Source of the DNA: a virus
Taxonomy: Duplodnaviria > Caudoviricetes
DNA length: 45,689 nt
Virus record (IMG/VR): IMGVR_UViG_3300025875_000051
Span: 1-45,689 of that record
Direction: 5' to 3' (one strand)
The first letter of the stretch is position 1. Every line of letters starts with the position of its first letter. Positions 42,790 through 45,689 of the stretch are shown piece by piece. Below the pieces are notes generated by a model that was not told the DNA's origin, did not search any database, and saw only the letters and a list, made by a program, of their open reading frames with translations. Position numbers and translations under genes: made by a program.

Positions 42790-43329
42790 GTGAACGATTT
42801 AACTGCCCGAAAACCCATTAGCAAGCGCGTTCGCTTCGACGTGTTCAAGCGAGACGGTTTCGTCTGCCAGTATTGCGGAGCGCATCCGCCCGGCGTGGTG
42901 CTTGAGTGCGACCATATCAATCCGGTCGCGCAAGGCGGCGGCAATGATCCCGACAATCTGGTAACGGCCTGCCTCCCCTGTAATCGCGGCAAGGGCGCCG
43001 TGGGGCTCGATGTTGTCCCGCAATCGCTGGCGGCCAGGGCGGCGCAGGTGGCGGAGGCGGAAGCGCAGGTGGCGGGGTACAACGCCATCCTCGAAGCCAA
43101 GCGTGAGCGGGTCGAGAACGAAGCGTGGCGCGTGGTCGAAGCCCTCATGGGGGAGGCCCGGTGCAGCCCTGATGAATTGCGCTCGGTCAAGACGTTCGTG
43201 GAGCGGCTTGGCGTGCATGAAGCCCTCGACGCTGCTGACATTGCTTACCCCCGTTCTGGCACTCGTGACGCAAAATGGAGATATTTTTGCGGCATTTGCT
43301 GGTCGAAAATCAGGGGGACATTCGCATGA
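42790..43329 (+). CDS. HNH endonuclease
   Basis: RF.VFKRD.F.CQYCG...L..DHI.P...GG.ND..NL.T.C..CN.GK. Confidence 0.9.
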   Translation: MNDLTARKPISKRVRFDVFKRDGFVCQYCGAHPPGVVLECDHINPVAQGGGNDPDNLVTACLPCNRGKGAVGLDVVPQSLAARAAQVAEAEAQVAGYNAILEAKRERVENEAWRVVEALMGEARCSPDELRSVKTFVERLGVHEALDAADIAYPRSGTRDAKWRYFCGICWSKIRGTFA

Positions 43330-44084
43330 GCAAAGCGAAGGCTTGGATGCCCCTCTACATTGCCGATTATTTGGGTGACACGCAGCGCCTTACGACGGAG
43401 CAGCACGGGGCGTATCTGCTGCTCATGATGGATTACTGGCGCAATGGCCCCCCGCCGGATAATGACGAGATATTACAGCAGATTACGCTTCTCGGGCGGG
43501 CGAAATGGCAGAAGCACAAGGCCATACTGCGGGCGTTTTTCACGGTCGAGAGCAATGCTTGGCACCACAAGCGGATCGAGCATGAGCGTGCTAGCGCGAT
43601 GGATAATTCGGAGCGCCGGGCATCCAAGGCGAAGGCTGCTGCGGATGCTCGATGGTCTGCTAAGAGCAATGCTCCAAGCATGCCCGAAGCATTGCCTGTG
43701 GTATGCCCCTCACCTTCACCTTCACCTTCACCTTCTTATTTAGCACCTAAAGGTGCTTGTGCATCTGACGATGCACCGCCCCCCCCGCCGAGTGAGGAAG
43801 GGGATCAGGATGATGGCCTGAAACCGCAGCACGTCGTCGAAGAATGGAACAAGCTGGCGCCCAAGCTGGGCAAGCCCAAGGTTCGCGATCTGACGCCTAC
43901 GCGGCGGGAACTGCTCAAGGCGAGGATCGGGCAGTACGCTCTTGACGACTTCCTGACGGTCCTCGCGGCGGTCGAGCAATCCGCGTTCCTGCGGGGCGAC
44001 ACGGGCTGGCAGGGCTGCACGTTCGACTGGATTTTCAAGCGCGCCAATTTTCAGAAGATTTTGGAAGGAAACTATGATGGCTAA
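43326..44084 (+). CDS. DUF1376/YdaU-family replication initiator
   Basis: WMPLYIADYLGDT..LT.EQHGAYLLL...YW; C-terminal FDWI....NF.KILEGNY. Confidence 0.85.
   Translation: MSKAKAWMPLYIADYLGDTQRLTTEQHGAYLLLMMDYWRNGPPPDNDEILQQITLLGRAKWQKHKAILRAFFTVESNAWHHKRIEHERASAMDNSERRASKAKAAADARWSAKSNAPSMPEALPVVCPSPSPSPSPSYLAPKGACASDDAPPPPPSEEGDQDDGLKPQHVVEEWNKLAPKLGKPKVRDLTPTRRELLKARIGQYALDDFLTVLAAVEQSAFLRGDTGWQGCTFDWIFKRANFQKILEGNYDG
43664..43776. other. Candidate replication origin inside the initiator gene
   Basis: AGCA(A/T)TGC-type repeats about 11 nt apart, (CACCTT)x4 at 43711-43734, then palindromes 43742-43757 and 43759-43776. Confidence 0.5.
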
Positions 44085-44322
44085 TCCCCTTGAGAACCGC
44101 CGATCCGCTGTGAGCCCGATGGGTCCGATGGCGGTGGGCGACACGCGGACGTTCTACGCTGGCGAGCGAGCGATCACCATCACGCGGACGACGCGGGATT
44201 ATGTCTATGATCTGGCCGACGCCTACAATGCCTCAATGCCCCAGGGCGAGGTCGAGTGGTACGTCGATAGCACCGGCAACATGCGGATTGGCGAACGCCG
44301 CCGCGCACGACTTTCACAATGA
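44074..44322 (+). CDS. Hypothetical protein, ~82 aa
   Basis: RBS AAGGA; packed operon. Confidence 0.65.
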   Translation: MMANPLENRRSAVSPMGPMAVGDTRTFYAGERAITITRTTRDYVYDLADAYNASMPQGEVEWYVDSTGNMRIGERRRARLSQ

Positions 44323-44591
44323 GGACGAAGGCGATGGACACTGAAATTGATATGTTTGGCGTGGAGATTATTGCCAGCCGGGCCGATGTGGAGGCGGGAG
44401 CGCCGGAGGGCACGCTGGGCTTCGGCTTGACGGGCTGCGGTGATCCTGAATGCGGGCAGGACGCCTGCCTCGGTATCCTGCATGTGACCTTGGGCGATGG
44501 CTCGATCGAGGTGTTTCTCGACGCGGAAGCCGCCGAAGAGTTCGCGACGCAAATCCTGCTGGCGATCGGCAAAACCAAGGAGGCGAACTAA
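44319..44591 (+). CDS. Acidic hypothetical protein, ~90 aa, C-x4-C-x4-C
   Basis: ATGA/TAATG couplings. Confidence 0.65.
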   Translation: MRTKAMDTEIDMFGVEIIASRADVEAGAPEGTLGFGLTGCGDPECGQDACLGILHVTLGDGSIEVFLDAEAAEEFATQILLAIGKTKEAN

Positions 44592-45088
44592 TGGACAACC
44601 GCATGATGCGAGGGTTTCCGTGCCCTGTCGTCCAGCCCGTTGCGCAAGGCGGGAGCAAGCCGGTCGCTGGCCTGGGCGTCGGCTGGCAGAACGTGCCGGG
44701 TCAGGGGCCGCAGTTCTTCGTCACGGTCACGGGAGAGGGCACCAGCCTTTCGGCGCGGCTCGATTATGCGCGGTACACGCGGCTTGCCGAGAACCTTGCC
44801 AGCATTGGCCAGCAAGCCATGCTCACGGGCAATCTGGACGAAGCGGCACCGAACGATCCGCTCGCTGCGCTTGAGGTGGCGCGTAGGGCTCTGGCTCTGG
44901 CGTCGTTCCTGTTCGTCGGGGAAGCGGAGCAGAGCTTCGAGCGCGCGAAGACGGCGACTGGCTCCATCGAGGAGCGCTTGCTGTCCGGTGAAGCGCAGTT
45001 GCACCGCCAGCACGCGGACAAGATGGCCGAAGCCCTCGCCACGGTCGAAGCCGCGCTTTTCATCGACAGCGAACAGGCGGAGGGGTAA
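44591..45088 (+). CDS. Hypothetical protein, 165 aa
   Basis: RBS AAGGAGG; TAATG coupling. Confidence 0.7.
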   Translation: MDNRMMRGFPCPVVQPVAQGGSKPVAGLGVGWQNVPGQGPQFFVTVTGEGTSLSARLDYARYTRLAENLASIGQQAMLTGNLDEAAPNDPLAALEVARRALALASFLFVGEAEQSFERAKTATGSIEERLLSGEAQLHRQHADKMAEALATVEAALFIDSEQAEG

Positions 45089-45091
45089 ATC

Positions 45092-45337
45092 ATGGACGAC
45101 GAAACTTGCCACGCGCTGCAAGCCGCATGGTCGGCGCTTGAAGTGGCTCGCGAGGCTTTGGAGGTGGTGCGGCGCGAACTGCTCCGCGACACTGCGAGCA
45201 ACGGGCACGACATGTCCGACGAGGATTTCCGGCGGCGCGTGCTCGTCGATGGCCAAGCCGTGATCGCAGGCGCTAAAGCCAGGGCCGCGTTCGATATGGT
45301 CGGTGCTGTGCTGAACGAGAGGACGGATAAATCATGA
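45092..45337 (+). CDS. Hypothetical protein, 81 aa
   Basis: RBS GGAGG; ATGA overlap with terS. Confidence 0.65.
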   Translation: MDDETCHALQAAWSALEVAREALEVVRRELLRDTASNGHDMSDEDFRRRVLVDGQAVIAGAKARAAFDMVGAVLNERTDKS

Positions 45338-45689
45338 GCGATCAGGAAATCATCCCGCGCGGCGCACCCCTCGGCCGCCCTCTCTCATTCACTCCGTCAA
45401 TAGGGGAAGAGATATGCTCCCGTATCGCCACAGGCGAAAGCCTGCGGTCCATCTGCCGCTGCGCCAACATGCCCGCGCAATCGACGGTGTTCCTCTGGCT
45501 CCTGCGAGGATCGACCGGCGACACGCCTGAATTGGCGGCATTCTCGGATCAATACGCGCGCGCGCGGGAGTGGCAGGCTGACAGCCATGCGGACGAAATA
45601 CAGGACATTGCCGACGACGGGAGGAACGACTTTATGGAAGTTCACGGCAGCGAGGGCGAACTGAAGGGCTATCTCGTCAACGGTGAGGC
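45334..45689 (+). CDS. terS: Terminase small subunit, 5' part (continues through the junction to 326)
   Basis: ATG 45334 is in frame with ORF 72-326 across the 127-nt overlap; HTH-like GESLRSICR.ANMP..STVF.W. Confidence 0.9.
   Translation, partial: MSDQEIIPRGAPLGRPLSFTPSIGEEICSRIATGESLRSICRCANMPAQSTVFLWLLRGSTGDTPELAAFSDQYARAREWQADSHADEIQDIADDGRNDFMEVHGSEGELKGYLVNGE
45563..45689. repeat. Terminal direct repeat copy 2 (identical to 1-127)
   Basis: Exact identity with the window start. Confidence 0.95.

Noticed and set aside
43711-43734. (CACCTT)x4 as a phase-variation or CRISPR-like repeat
   Set aside because: The hexamer preserves the reading frame and has no spacers; treated as part of the linker/origin.

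Overview
The window is almost certainly one complete, circularly permuted tailed-phage genome of 45,562 bp. Bases 1-127 are repeated exactly at 45563-45689, which looks like an assembler k=127 overlap, and the small terminase gene crosses this junction. The virion module is podovirus-like (BPP-1/T7-type): TerL, portal, Bbp19-like protein, scaffold, major capsid, Bbp16-like cement, tail tubular A and a split tubular B, internal virion/ejection proteins and a beta-helix tailspike. A lysis cassette follows (GH108 endolysin, holin, i- and o-spanins). Early genes diverge from a promoter/operator region at about 39.5 kb. The left operon carries RecE/RecT-like recombination genes, DUF1643, a PAPS-reductase-like protein, a stand-alone DnaA domain IV protein and many small genes. 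The right operon carries a Cro-like HTH, DUF2303, a minimal C5-methyltransferase-like gene, Ref-like and HNH nucleases and a DUF1376 initiator with a candidate internal origin. I see no integrase, CI repressor, DNA/RNA polymerase, helicase, partition system, tRNA, CRISPR or DGR. High GC, scarce GANTC and the endolysin N-terminus suggest an alphaproteobacterial (possibly sphingomonad) host; this is inference. Strongest leads: (1) a ~170-nt switch-like structured RNA element with terminator between TerS and TerL, in a genome with no recognisable late regulator; (2) a 2048-aa cadherin/GH16/G8/beta-helix protein inserted between TerL and portal; (3) a naturally split tail nozzle; (4) a stand-alone RyR-domain gene; (5) short repeats at gene boundaries that make the left operon look like a cassette array. 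All family assignments come from motif recognition by eye; no searches were run.
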